This document shows, piece by piece, positions 39,206 through 48,696 of a stretch of DNA of 64,000 bases (positions are counted from its first letter, which is position 1; every line of letters starts with the position of its first letter). Made by a program: the position numbers and the translations under genes. The notes below the pieces were generated by a model. That model was not told where the DNA came from. It saw only the letters and a program-made list of their open reading frames with translations, and did not search any database. This DNA is from a bacterium (lineage in GTDB: Bacteria; Patescibacteriota; CPR2; UBA1875; CAIMLA01), in NCBI GenBank assembly GCA_037129835.1, contig JBAXUE010000001.1, forward strand, positions 26,085 through 90,084, in the 5' to 3' direction.

Positions 39206-40680
39206 ATCTCGATTATATCATGTATTATGTCTATATGAAGGCAAAAATACTTGTAATATGGATGTTGGCATATGTCTTTGGGGTAATGATTGCCCCAACT
39301 ATAAATATTGAAAGTAATTTATTACTAGTAGCTGGTGGGTTGGTGTGTTTGTTCTCATTTTTATTAATACGAAGACCATATATATTTGGGGTTTTTTTTG
39401 GGCTAGGAATAATATTTCTAGCGATAGGGAACTTCGGATACCAAGCCGAAAAAATGATTTTAGCCAACGAGCAACTTTCTGGCAAAAAACTAAAAATGCA
39501 ACTTATGATAAACGATATCCCTCAGAGCACGCCTTATGGTTTCAAAGTCGGTGCTCGGATAAATAAAATTTCTGGCAATAATGTTTCGATGCCAGATTTA
39601 TTATTATATTTACCCGTCAGTTCTGAACTTAAATATGGTGAATTGGTTGCTGCCGAGGTGACTCCAAAGAAATTTGACGAAAAGACGCAGTGGGCCCTAA
39701 TTAAAAATAGATATTTCGCACAAGCAAGTGCGAAAAACATTAAAGTAGCAGGAGTGAGTACGGGCTGGAGCGATATATTTCGTGGATGGCTTCTTGGTTT
39801 AAGAATTAGTCTAAACACATCAATCGCCAGAGCCTTACCTGCGCCCGAAGCCGCCCTAGCCAGTGGTCTTATTCTTGGTGAAAAAGCGCTTATTTCTCCT
39901 GAGATGACTAGGCTCCTTCAGGCTAGCGGTACGACCCACATAATCGCTCTTTCAGGGTATAACATTACTATAATAATGGGCCTTTTTATATTTATGCGTC
40001 AAAGATTTTCTAGGCTCGTTAATCTACTTATCCCTGTTGGTGTTATTCTGCTTTTTACTATAATGACAGGTGCAGCTCCGAGTCTGGTCAGAGCGGCGCT
40101 CATGGGCTCACTTCCATTGCTTGGAAGATATCTAGGTCGTGAAAGTGATAATTTTATCGCGATACTTCTTTCTGCGGTAATTATGTCAGTGTTTAATCCC
40201 TTTTTACCAATATATGACGTTGGTTTTCAGCTATCTTTTGTTGCATTCATCGGGATTGCCTATATCGCACCAATACTCCAGGGCATCTTAGAAAGATCAA
40301 AAATATCTTTTTCCGGGATTTTGACAGAAACTATTGGCGCGCAGATAGCTACGATCCCACTACTTATGTACTATTTTGGAACTTTTTCTGTCGTCTCTCC
40401 TTTTGCGAATGTTGTAATTCTTACTCTAGTGCCTATAGGAATGTTGCTTTCATTTTTAGTTGGTTTAGCTGGAATGGTTTCATCGGCAACTGGGAATTTT
40501 CTTGCCGTCCCTACGTATATATTGCTACATTTTATTATTGAGTCAATCCGTTATTTTGGAAGTTTGCCTTGGGCATCTTGGAAAATCAAAATTGAAAATC
40601 CGATGTGGATCTTTATATTTTATTTAATCTTGTTTGACTTTTGGTTTATGCTAAATAAGTTTGTAAAGAAAGATCAGTAA
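39178..40680 (+). CDS. comEC: ComEC/Rec2 competence channel (DUF4131 plus competence domain; no MBL domain)
   Basis: LASGLILGEKALISPEMTRLLQASGTTHIIALSGYNI competence-domain signature. Polytopic. Confidence 0.75.
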   Translation: MLFLLLFLPYLDYIMYYVYMKAKILVIWMLAYVFGVMIAPTINIESNLLLVAGGLVCLFSFLLIRRPYIFGVFFGLGIIFLAIGNFGYQAEKMILANEQLSGKKLKMQLMINDIPQSTPYGFKVGARINKISGNNVSMPDLLLYLPVSSELKYGELVAAEVTPKKFDEKTQWALIKNRYFAQASAKNIKVAGVSTGWSDIFRGWLLGLRISLNTSIARALPAPEAALASGLILGEKALISPEMTRLLQASGTTHIIALSGYNITIIMGLFIFMRQRFSRLVNLLIPVGVILLFTIMTGAAPSLVRAALMGSLPLLGRYLGRESDNFIAILLSAVIMSVFNPFLPIYDVGFQLSFVAFIGIAYIAPILQGILERSKISFSGILTETIGAQIATIPLLMYYFGTFSVVSPFANVVILTLVPIGMLLSFLVGLAGMVSSATGNFLAVPTYILLHFIIESIRYFGSLPWASWKIKIENPMWIFIFYLILFDFWFMLNKFVKKDQ

Positions 40681-40682
40681 AA

Positions 40683-42776
40683 TTATTTTACTTTATATAT
40701 TGAGACTTGTTCATTACGATAAACCTTTTTAAGCATATGGGGGATTGCCCATCCCTGAATTTCACCATATTTTATCTTTTCCAGTTCGCCGTAATAAATA
40801 AAATTGATTTTATATTTATTTATAATAATATTTGCTGTATCTATTTCGTTCGTTTTGTAAAGTGTGTCTATATCTTTCTTGATTATGTTGAGATCGTCTA
40901 CATTCTTTCTCCAGCCCCATTCATGTCCGAACCAACCAAGTGGCGTTGCATTGCCAGTAAAAACACTTATCCTTGAGCCGTCTGTATAGCTTTCACCGAC
41001 AGTTTCTACGATTATTTTTTCACCCAAAATGTTTTTATTAATCCAAAGAATGGCTTGATAATCAAATGAATATTTACTCGCAATATATCCAGACCCATCC
41101 AGACCCATTTGTTTAGAAAAGCTATTAGCGGAGTCATAAACAGACTTGGGAAGATAGGCAGAACTAATTAGCAAGAAAGTTATTCCGAATAAATAGAATA
41201 CATATTTAATATTATCCTTAACGGTCGTGAAGTAGTAGAAAATATACCCAGAAATAATGGCGAATAAAACCCATACTTGATAATGAAATTTGAAAACCGT
41301 ATTCGCTCTCTGAAAGTCTATGCCGTAAATATCTTTTAGGAAAAAGTACTCGCAAAAAATAATTATGACAAATACCGCGAGAATTAGTATATTTATAAAT
41401 TGTTTGTTCGTTAAATGTGTATCTTTTCTTATATCGTTTATCGTAACCATAAGCCAAAGAGGAATTAAAAACAAAATAAGCGCTGATACTTGGCTGAACC
41501 CGTATATTAGAAATGCCAAGAAAAAAGAAATGGTTATGATGGTTATTTTATACTTACTTTTTGTTTTAATAAATCTATATAATATATAAAACGATATAAC
41601 AAAAACTTGTAGTAAGTATAGGGTTAGAAAGTCAGTTAAAAGACTTTTGGGGGCAGTTACAAACTGGAATCCTTCAGATGCAGGCTTAAAGGTGAGATAG
41701 AAAGGTAAAAGAACTACCAGACTGGTAACACCAATAATAAGGCCATCTTTTATAAGCTGCCCATAGTTTTTCTTTACAATTATATTTTTATAAACGGTTA
41801 GGGCGGCGAAAATAAGGGCGTAGATAAGATAGTCCCAACTATTTGTAATAAAGAGTATTCCCAAGATAAAGCCAATAAATATATTAAAAAGGTTGTCGCT
41901 ATCTTTATTAATAAAAAATGTATAAAAAGATATTATTACAAGCAGGACAAACGGTAAATCTAAGTAGTGGGCATGCAAATCACCGAGTAGAAAACTATAT
42001 AAGGGAAATTCATTTATTGTACCCGGAATTATCCTAGTTCCTGCCCACCAGTACGTATCAATTTTTTTGTACAGGAAAATTAGATAACTAATGTTGCTCA
42101 TACCCGCGGCGATAAAGGCAGTCACAAAAGCCCATAAATATTTTTTTGTGAGGTTATAACCTATGGAAAATATTGATACTATAAATAGAGTGTAGTTTGT
42201 TGCCTGCATGAGGTTGTAGGAAATAATCGATTTAATACCAGTTACTTTTGTCAGAACAGCAGTTACTAAATGTCCAAAATAATAGTAATTCATGCTGTGG
42301 CCAGAAAGCCAAGGATCTACAGAAGGAAAATAACTCGTTTTCAGGAGAGTATTTAGAAAAGCGAAATCCATAAATTTTTCAATGTCGCTAATTTCAGATC
42401 GATATAATTTGTAAATAATTAGTGCTGAGAAAATAACTAAAAATATTATTTCGTATGTTATGGCTTTTTGGATAAATGGTTTATTAAAAGAAGGTTTTGT
42501 TTTTAATAAGAAGAATGAAGATATCCCAATAAGAATACAAAATGATAAAATGATAGAGAAAATATTGAAGGGGAGTATTCTCAAAATACCTAAGATCCAA
42601 ACTAAATAGGAAATAATGGCTAGTCCTATTGCGCGATAAAATGGGTAGGCAAAGTCATCTAAGTTTTTAAATAAATATTGCCCAATCGGAATGCTTATAA
42701 TCCCGATAATAAATAATGCTAAATACCAAATTGTTATATCCCACATGAGGAAATTATAGCACAACAATATTTGCAC
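40683..42776 (-). CDS. DUF2298 / 'YYY' family large integral membrane protein (GT-C-like)
   Basis: NYYYFGHL and EFPLYSFLLGDLHAHYLDLPF motifs. 697 aa with a C-terminal soluble domain. Confidence 0.6.
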   Translation of the reverse strand: MQILLCYNFLMWDITIWYLALFIIGIISIPIGQYLFKNLDDFAYPFYRAIGLAIISYLVWILGILRILPFNIFSIILSFCILIGISSFFLLKTKPSFNKPFIQKAITYEIIFLVIFSALIIYKLYRSEISDIEKFMDFAFLNTLLKTSYFPSVDPWLSGHSMNYYYFGHLVTAVLTKVTGIKSIISYNLMQATNYTLFIVSIFSIGYNLTKKYLWAFVTAFIAAGMSNISYLIFLYKKIDTYWWAGTRIIPGTINEFPLYSFLLGDLHAHYLDLPFVLLVIISFYTFFINKDSDNLFNIFIGFILGILFITNSWDYLIYALIFAALTVYKNIIVKKNYGQLIKDGLIIGVTSLVVLLPFYLTFKPASEGFQFVTAPKSLLTDFLTLYLLQVFVISFYILYRFIKTKSKYKITIITISFFLAFLIYGFSQVSALILFLIPLWLMVTINDIRKDTHLTNKQFINILILAVFVIIIFCEYFFLKDIYGIDFQRANTVFKFHYQVWVLFAIISGYIFYYFTTVKDNIKYVFYLFGITFLLISSAYLPKSVYDSANSFSKQMGLDGSGYIASKYSFDYQAILWINKNILGEKIIVETVGESYTDGSRISVFTGNATPLGWFGHEWGWRKNVDDLNIIKKDIDTLYKTNEIDTANIIINKYKINFIYYGELEKIKYGEIQGWAIPHMLKKVYRNEQVSIYKVK

Positions 42777-42799
42777 ACAGAAGAAATAATTTAATAGTA

Positions 42800-43705
42800 G
42801 TGTTGCGCAGATTATTTTATAATTTGTTTATGGATAAAAGTGGCAAGAAATTTTTCGCTTCAACTCTGAACTTATTTATTTTGCTTAGTATCGTTTTCGC
42901 GCTAATTTATTATATATCATCTGACCGGACTGATAGCGGCGGAATAAATATTCATTTTCTTAGTGTGGGACAGGGGGATGCCGAGCTAATACAAGACACA
43001 GCGGGCAAAAACATTCTAATCGATGGCGGCCCGGATAGTACTGTAGTGGGAGAGCTAGAGAAATACACGAAATTTTATCAACGGAAAATAGATGTCATAA
43101 TATTGACACATCCACACGCAGATCATGTAAATGGACTTGTTGATGTGGTCGAGAAATATCAGGTTGGACACGTGTACTTAACTGGTGTTTTGCACACAGC
43201 GCCGGAGTATATAAAGTTTCTATCGCTCTTAAAAGAAAAAAATATCCCAACCACGGATATTATGGCTGGAGATTCATTGTCACTTTCTGATGGTGCTACT
43301 TTAAAATTTCTATATCCAAATACAAAATTAGTTGGATCAAAGGTGGATAATCTAAATAGCACATCAGTTGTAGCTAAGATTATATATGGTGATAAATCGG
43401 CTATATTTATGGGGGATCTTGAAGATGAGGGGCAAATAGAGCTTATGAAATTATCGCAAGATTTGACAGCAGATATATTGAAAGTTTCTCATCATGGCAG
43501 TAAATATGCGTCGAATATAAATTTCTTAAAAATAGTAAATCCGAAAGTAGCGATAATCGAGGTGGGCAAAAATAATCAATTTGGGCACCCGCATTCAACT
43601 ACGATTTCTAATCTAAATTCTTTGGGGGTTCAGCTATATCGTACAGATATAGATAGTGATGTAAATATACAAATGACAAAAACTGATATAAAAGTTATGA
43701 AGTAG
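42800..43705 (+). CDS. MBL-fold metallo-hydrolase, ComEC C-terminal-domain-like (stand-alone)
   Basis: ILTHPHADHVNG and VSHHGS motifs. N-terminal TM anchor. Confidence 0.75.
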   Translation: MLRRLFYNLFMDKSGKKFFASTLNLFILLSIVFALIYYISSDRTDSGGINIHFLSVGQGDAELIQDTAGKNILIDGGPDSTVVGELEKYTKFYQRKIDVIILTHPHADHVNGLVDVVEKYQVGHVYLTGVLHTAPEYIKFLSLLKEKNIPTTDIMAGDSLSLSDGATLKFLYPNTKLVGSKVDNLNSTSVVAKIIYGDKSAIFMGDLEDEGQIELMKLSQDLTADILKVSHHGSKYASNINFLKIVNPKVAIIEVGKNNQFGHPHSTTISNLNSLGVQLYRTDIDSDVNIQMTKTDIKVMK

Positions 43706-43984
43706 TCTTGACCTGGCGGTAACAATTTATTATAATAATCGCATGTTAGCTATTTTTACAACATTTATCCTCGTCCTCGTACTAGTTCTAGCTATTATCG
43801 GTAGCTATAATGAGGTTGTGTGTGAAGAAGTTAAAATAGATGAATAGATAAAATATAAAATTTCACAAATATAAAGCCTCACTATTATAAAGTGAGGCTT
43901 TTTGCAACGTCCTGGAGAGGCCAAACCCTCTCCAGGACGACCAAAATTCGGCAGAATGCCGAGCACCTATAGAGGGGAGAGAGC

Positions 43985-44383
43985 ATGCTAGGGGATATCC
44001 ATATTGCAGTTCGTTCCACCGCGACACAAAAACAGGTCGAGAAAGTTGTCCAGTCTGTAATCGGAAGTTCTATTCCGTTCTCGTTGCTTATACGAGATCA
44101 GATACTGAGTATTAACCTTCCGACTATAGACCAAACATCGCAAAATGATCTCAGGGCCAAGCTTCAATCGTTTCGCCGTCCAATGTACGAGACAATCGTT
44201 CCTGTGAGAGGGATACCGAGCGCTCGGATTATTATGGAAGGCGTTATCGACGAGGCTCCTATCGAGATGGAGAAGCAAGGTGATACCCTTTGGCTCGGGT
44301 GTGACGATCGTCACATTTTGGGCAGGGTTGTCGATGAGTTTTGCTCTCAGACTGGTCTTTACGGTCATAATCCACCGAACTAG
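43985..44383 (+). CDS. hypothetical protein (locally GC-richer)
   Basis: 132 aa. The antisense 354-aa ORF 43988..45052 overlaps yebC and was rejected. Confidence 0.35.
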   Translation: MLGDIHIAVRSTATQKQVEKVVQSVIGSSIPFSLLIRDQILSINLPTIDQTSQNDLRAKLQSFRRPMYETIVPVRGIPSARIIMEGVIDEAPIEMEKQGDTLWLGCDDRHILGRVVDEFCSQTGLYGHNPPN

Positions 44384-44618
44384 GTGGTATTCTTCCCCGC
44401 AAAAGGCGCACCACCCCAACATCCTGTGATGGTCAAGTATTCTTATAAGGAATACAAAGACATCGCACAGCTTCAATTCACAATACGGAAGAGTGGTATC
44501 CCGACTAAGTCGGACCTCACTCGAAATACACCGGTGAATTGAAACTAATGGAAACGGGGCGGTGCGCCGCTCGCATATTTGTGGTAAAATTAACTCGAAA
44601 TATAATCCAGGAGATATC

Positions 44619-45371
44619 ATGTCGGGACACTCAAAATGGGCCAGTATCAAACACAAAAAAGCTATCACTGATTCTAAAAAAGGTAAGGAGTTTACCAAGG
44701 CAGCAGCAAATATCACAATTGCCGCCAAGCAAGGCGGCGGTGATGCTAAAATGAACTTTTCTTTACGTCTAGCAATAGATAAGGCCAAATCCGTTAACAT
44801 GCCGTCATCTAACATTGAAAGAGCAATTAAAAAAGGAACAGGAGAACTCGGAGGAGCAGCTCCTGAGGAGCTTTTATACGAAGGATATGCGATAGCTGGG
44901 GTAGCGATTTTGGTAGAAACATTGACTGACAATCGCAATAGAACAGGGCCAGAAATAAAGGCAATATTTTCGAAAAATGGTGGCAGCTTGGCCGAAACTG
45001 GCTCGGTGGCATACCTATTTGATAAAAAAGGCGAGATTATTATTGTAAACAAAAATCAAAAAATCGGAAAAGAAGATCTGGAGATGATAATTATCGATTC
45101 CGGAGCCGATGATTTTGAAGAAAACGAAGAAGTCGCTGTTGTATATACAAAAAGTAATGAATTGCAAAAAGTGAAAGCAGCGCTTGAAGCCTCTGAAATC
45201 AAAATTGAAGACGCAGAGCTAGTGTACAAGCCAAAAACAGGGGTTAAAATAGATGATCTGGAAGTTGCTAGGAAAATATTACATCTTACAGACGCCCTCG
45301 AAGAGAATGAAGATGTAACGAGCGTATACTCAAACTACGATATCGAAGATAGTATATTGGAAAAACTTTAG
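44619..45371 (+). CDS. yebC: YebC/PmpR family DNA-binding regulatory protein
   Basis: MSGHSKWASIKHKKA... SD aggag 6 nt upstream. The track start at 44562 is too early. Confidence 0.85.
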   Translation: MSGHSKWASIKHKKAITDSKKGKEFTKAAANITIAAKQGGGDAKMNFSLRLAIDKAKSVNMPSSNIERAIKKGTGELGGAAPEELLYEGYAIAGVAILVETLTDNRNRTGPEIKAIFSKNGGSLAETGSVAYLFDKKGEIIIVNKNQKIGKEDLEMIIIDSGADDFEENEEVAVVYTKSNELQKVKAALEASEIKIEDAELVYKPKTGVKIDDLEVARKILHLTDALEENEDVTSVYSNYDIEDSILEKL

Positions 45372-45791
45372 ATGACCGGGGCAACACATACAGCAGTTGG
45401 GGGAGCGGTAGGAATGTTTATTCCCAACCCCTTTTTGGCTTTTTTCGCTGGCGTTCTCTCTCATTTTTTAATAGACAAGATACCACATTTTTGGCCAAGT
45501 ACTATAAAACGACAAAATCTAATGATTATTGCTGACGGGGTCTTGTCTGCTAGCCTACTAGTTTTATTTTTTTTTACACCGTTAGTAAATAAAGAATCCA
45601 TCTTGGCCGGCGCTTTTGGGGGTATGTTAGTAGATCTTATTTTGGTTATTGCACCGAAATTTATTAAAGTATTTAATAAAAGCCTGATTCGCGTCTGGCA
45701 TGAAGAAAGACAAACTCACTTTCATAATTTTTCTTTGGCGCTAGTTGATGGATTTATGGTTATTATCGCCTTGGGAGTAATATATTTATGA
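45372..45791 (+). CDS. small membrane protein inserted between yebC and ruvC
   Basis: 139 aa, 4 hydrophobic segments. Start abuts the yebC stop, and the stop overlaps ruvC. Confidence 0.45.
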   Translation: MTGATHTAVGGAVGMFIPNPFLAFFAGVLSHFLIDKIPHFWPSTIKRQNLMIIADGVLSASLLVLFFFTPLVNKESILAGAFGGMLVDLILVIAPKFIKVFNKSLIRVWHEERQTHFHNFSLALVDGFMVIIALGVIYL

Positions 45792-46270
45792 TCATTTTAG
45801 GAGTAGACCCCGGTACAGCAACCACTGGCTATGGGATTATTGAAGAAAAGGCTGGCAAAATAAAGCTTGTTGATTATGGTGTGATTATTACAGAGCCAAA
45901 GCAACCTTTAGAGGCGCGACTTGAAATCATTTATGATCAGCTTGGTGACATTATCGATGAATATGATCCGGAAGAAATAGCCGTAGAAGAGCTTTTTTTT
46001 AGCACTAATGTCAAAACGGCTATGGCTGTCGGGCAGGCTAGAGGAGTTATTTTGCTAGCAGCGAAGAAATCAGGAGCGTTAATTTCCGAATATACACCCA
46101 ATCAGGTAAAAAATGGTATTTGCGGTTATGGCGGTGCTGATAAAAAACAGGTTCAAAAAATGGTTCAAATGATTCTTAAGTTGGACGAAATACCACAACC
46201 AGACGATGCGGCCGATGCTTTAGCTATCGCAATATGCCACAGCAGTAGTCGGAAATATATTAATTTATAA
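45788..46270 (+). CDS. ruvC: Holliday junction resolvase RuvC
   Basis: ILGVDPGTATTGYGI... C-terminal DAADALAIAICH. Confidence 0.9.
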   Translation: MIILGVDPGTATTGYGIIEEKAGKIKLVDYGVIITEPKQPLEARLEIIYDQLGDIIDEYDPEEIAVEELFFSTNVKTAMAVGQARGVILLAAKKSGALISEYTPNQVKNGICGYGGADKKQVQKMVQMILKLDEIPQPDDAADALAIAICHSSSRKYINL

Positions 46271-46350
46271 ACAAGGTTCTCTTCCCAATACAGTCTATAT
46301 GTGCTAAAATTCCACCGAAATGAAACTTCGACCCCGAGGGGTGTATTTCT

Positions 46351-46935
46351 ATGAACACAAAAGAATCGTCTAGTAATGAACAGCCGAACTTCGCTTGGAA
46401 AGTGGCACGTGTATGGATTTGGTTTATGACTCACGTATTCTGGACGGTCCAGGTAGACGGGAGCTTGCACTTGCCAAAAACTGGCGGCTATATCCTCTGC
46501 CCCAATCACGTCAGTGATATGGACCCGCCGCTTATCGCGTATTATCTCTATCCCAGACCCGTTCACTATTGGGCTAAGATAGAGCTAAGTTCTGTGCCAA
46601 TACTCGGCTGGGTGATAAAGCATCTGTACGCGATACCAATCCGAAGAGGCAAAGCCGACCGCGTAGCTATAAAGGCTGCAATCAATGTACTTTCCTCCGG
46701 GGGTATACTGGGAGCCTTCCCCGAAGGTACTCGCAAAAAGAACACTACGGCCGACAGTGAGCTAAAGAAGGGCGCAGCTTTCATTGCCAAAAAGGCGCAG
46801 GTACCGCTAGTACCGTGTTGGATTAGTTGGAAAAAGAAACGTGTAATCATTCGTTTTGGCCAGCCCATAACATCAGAAGGCACGGTGGACGAACTAACCG
46901 CAAAGCTTGAGTCAGCTATAAAAAGGCTCCATTAG
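46351..46935 (+). CDS. plsC: 1-acyl-sn-glycerol-3-phosphate acyltransferase (PlsC/LPLAT)
   Basis: NHVSDMD (HxxxxD) and FPEGTR motifs. Confidence 0.75.
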   Translation: MNTKESSSNEQPNFAWKVARVWIWFMTHVFWTVQVDGSLHLPKTGGYILCPNHVSDMDPPLIAYYLYPRPVHYWAKIELSSVPILGWVIKHLYAIPIRRGKADRVAIKAAINVLSSGGILGAFPEGTRKKNTTADSELKKGAAFIAKKAQVPLVPCWISWKKKRVIIRFGQPITSEGTVDELTAKLESAIKRLH

Positions 46936-46972
46936 CCCCCATAGGATGACGGCCCCCGCCTCCTAGGGGGCT
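46935..46972 (+). terminator. GC-rich hairpin agcccccatagga...tcctagggggct after plsC
   Basis: About 12-bp stem with one bulge. Weak T-tract. Confidence 0.5.
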
Positions 46973-47020
46973 TCATCTTGTCTACTTGTTTAATGTGTCT
47001 AAAAATCTTAAAATAAATTT

Positions 47021-47596
47021 ATGATTGCTTTTCTTGAGGGTAAAATAGAATTATTAAGGCCGGGCTGGATTATCTTGAACGTTAACCACGTTGGCTATAA
47101 GGTGTCTGTCGGGCCAGATTTTATTAGCCATTTACATGAGGGACAAGAAGCTCAGATGTATATTTACACTCAAGTCAGAGAAGATATTAGTGCTCTTTTT
47201 GGCTTTGAAACTATAGAAGGGTTAGATTTTTTCGAGTTATTGATTTCTGTTTCTGGGATTGGCCCCAAAGCAGCTATGGGAATATTGTCTGCAGCTTCTG
47301 TAGAGAAGATAAGAGCAAGTATTGTCAGCCAGGATCCAACACTTCTTTCCAGCGTTTCTGGCGTGGGTAAGAAAACAGCCGAGAAGGTAGTTCTGGAATT
47401 AAAAAACAAAGTTGGCTCCAAGGCAAGTATCTTTGATATCGCAACGACAGAAAAAGTAGAAGAAGTATATATGGCGCTTGTGAACCTCGGCTTTAAACCG
47501 ATGGAGGCTAGGGAGGCAATATCAGATATGCCCGATGACTGTATTACTGCGGAGAGCCAACTAAAATATTGCTTAGGTGTGTTGAAAAAGCGATGA
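47021..47596 (+). CDS. ruvA: Holliday junction helicase subunit RuvA
   Basis: MIAFLEGKI...GYKV... HhH region GIGPKAA. Confidence 0.9.
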   Translation: MIAFLEGKIELLRPGWIILNVNHVGYKVSVGPDFISHLHEGQEAQMYIYTQVREDISALFGFETIEGLDFFELLISVSGIGPKAAMGILSAASVEKIRASIVSQDPTLLSSVSGVGKKTAEKVVLELKNKVGSKASIFDIATTEKVEEVYMALVNLGFKPMEAREAISDMPDDCITAESQLKYCLGVLKKR

Positions 47597-48621
47597 ATAA
47601 TGATATTGATCACATTTTAGATAGTGAAGAAACTCCAGAAGAAGAGATCTTTGAGGAAACTTTGCGTCCTCGAAAATTCGCAGATTATGTTGGACAAAAA
47701 AAGGCTAAAGAAGGGTTAAAGATAACTATCGAGGCCGCTCGCAATAGAAAAGAGCCGATCGATCACGTGCTTTTATATGGCCCTCCGGGACTTGGAAAAA
47801 CTACTCTAGCGAACGTAATCGCCGCTGAAATTGGCGCACAAATTAGAGTGACAAGTGGGCCCGCGATAGAAAGAGCCGGTGATTTGGCCTCTATTTTAAC
47901 TAATCTGCAAGAAGGCGATATTCTGTTTATAGACGAAATACATCGACTTAATCGTACGGTAGAAGAGGTCTTATACCCAGCGATGGAGGATTTTGTCCTA
48001 GACATAATTATTGGCAAAGGGCCAGCAGCCCGTTCTATTCGTCTTGATCTGCCGAAGTTTACAATCATCGGTGCAACAACTAGAATGGGCTCCATATCAT
48101 CGCCCCTTAGAGATAGGTTTGGGCTAGTGAACAGACTAGAATTCTATGAAGACGATGAAATAGAAAAAATTATCAAACGCTCTGCGAAGATACTCGGGAT
48201 AGAAATAGAAGAGCTGGGCGCAAAAGAGATAGCCAAAAGGTCTCGAAAGACTCCTCGCATCGCGAATAGACTGCTGAAAAGGGTTAGAGACTTCGCTGAG
48301 GTAAAGGCGCAAGGTAAAATTGATAATGAGGTCGCCAACAAAGCTTTGGATATGCTGGAAGTAGACGAATATGGTTTAGATAATACTGATCGTAAGCTAC
48401 TTGCAACTATTATCGAGAACTTCAAGGGCGGACCCGTTGGACTCTCGACCTTGTCCGCGGCAACCAGTGAGGAGATTGAAACGATAGAAGATGTTTACGA
48501 ACCATATCTTATTCAAATCGGTTTCTTAGAACGGACTCCAAGAGGACGTAAGGTTACGACAAGTGGCTTTCAGCATCTCGGCTATAATCCCACGAACCCA
48601 GAACAAGATAGTTTACTTTAA
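47593..48621 (+). CDS. ruvB: Holliday junction helicase RuvB
   Basis: [12 protein letters not shown], Walker [18 protein letters not shown]. The ATG overlaps the ruvA TGA. Confidence 0.95.
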   Translation: MNNDIDHILDSEETPEEEIFEETLRPRKFADYVGQKKAKEGLKITIEAARNRKEPIDHVLLYGPPGLGKTTLANVIAAEIGAQIRVTSGPAIERAGDLASILTNLQEGDILFIDEIHRLNRTVEEVLYPAMEDFVLDIIIGKGPAARSIRLDLPKFTIIGATTRMGSISSPLRDRFGLVNRLEFYEDDEIEKIIKRSAKILGIEIEELGAKEIAKRSRKTPRIANRLLKRVRDFAEVKAQGKIDNEVANKALDMLEVDEYGLDNTDRKLLATIIENFKGGPVGLSTLSAATSEEIETIEDVYEPYLIQIGFLERTPRGRKVTTSGFQHLGYNPTNPEQDSLL

Positions 48622-48638
48622 ATATTATTTTAAAACGA

Positions 48639-48667
48639 TTGACACTTAGCCTTGTCGGCACGATAAT
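48639..48667 (+). promoter_or_regulatory. putative promoter TTGACA-17-GATAAT for the S8 protease gene
   Basis: Seen directly, upstream of SD ggaggg. Confidence 0.45.
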
Positions 48668-48696
48668 TAACCTAATGATTATTTATCGGAGGGTTT

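Noticed and set aside
43988-45052. 354-aa minus-strand ORF
   Set aside because: It overlaps the well-supported + strand yebC gene and the 43985-44383 ORF. Its composition is antisense-like, so it is an artifact of an open reverse frame.
47569-47592. Extended RuvB N-terminus from the track (MLRCVEKA...)
   Set aside because: The ATG at 47593 overlaps the ruvA stop in the classic ATGA coupling and gives the conserved RuvB N-terminus.
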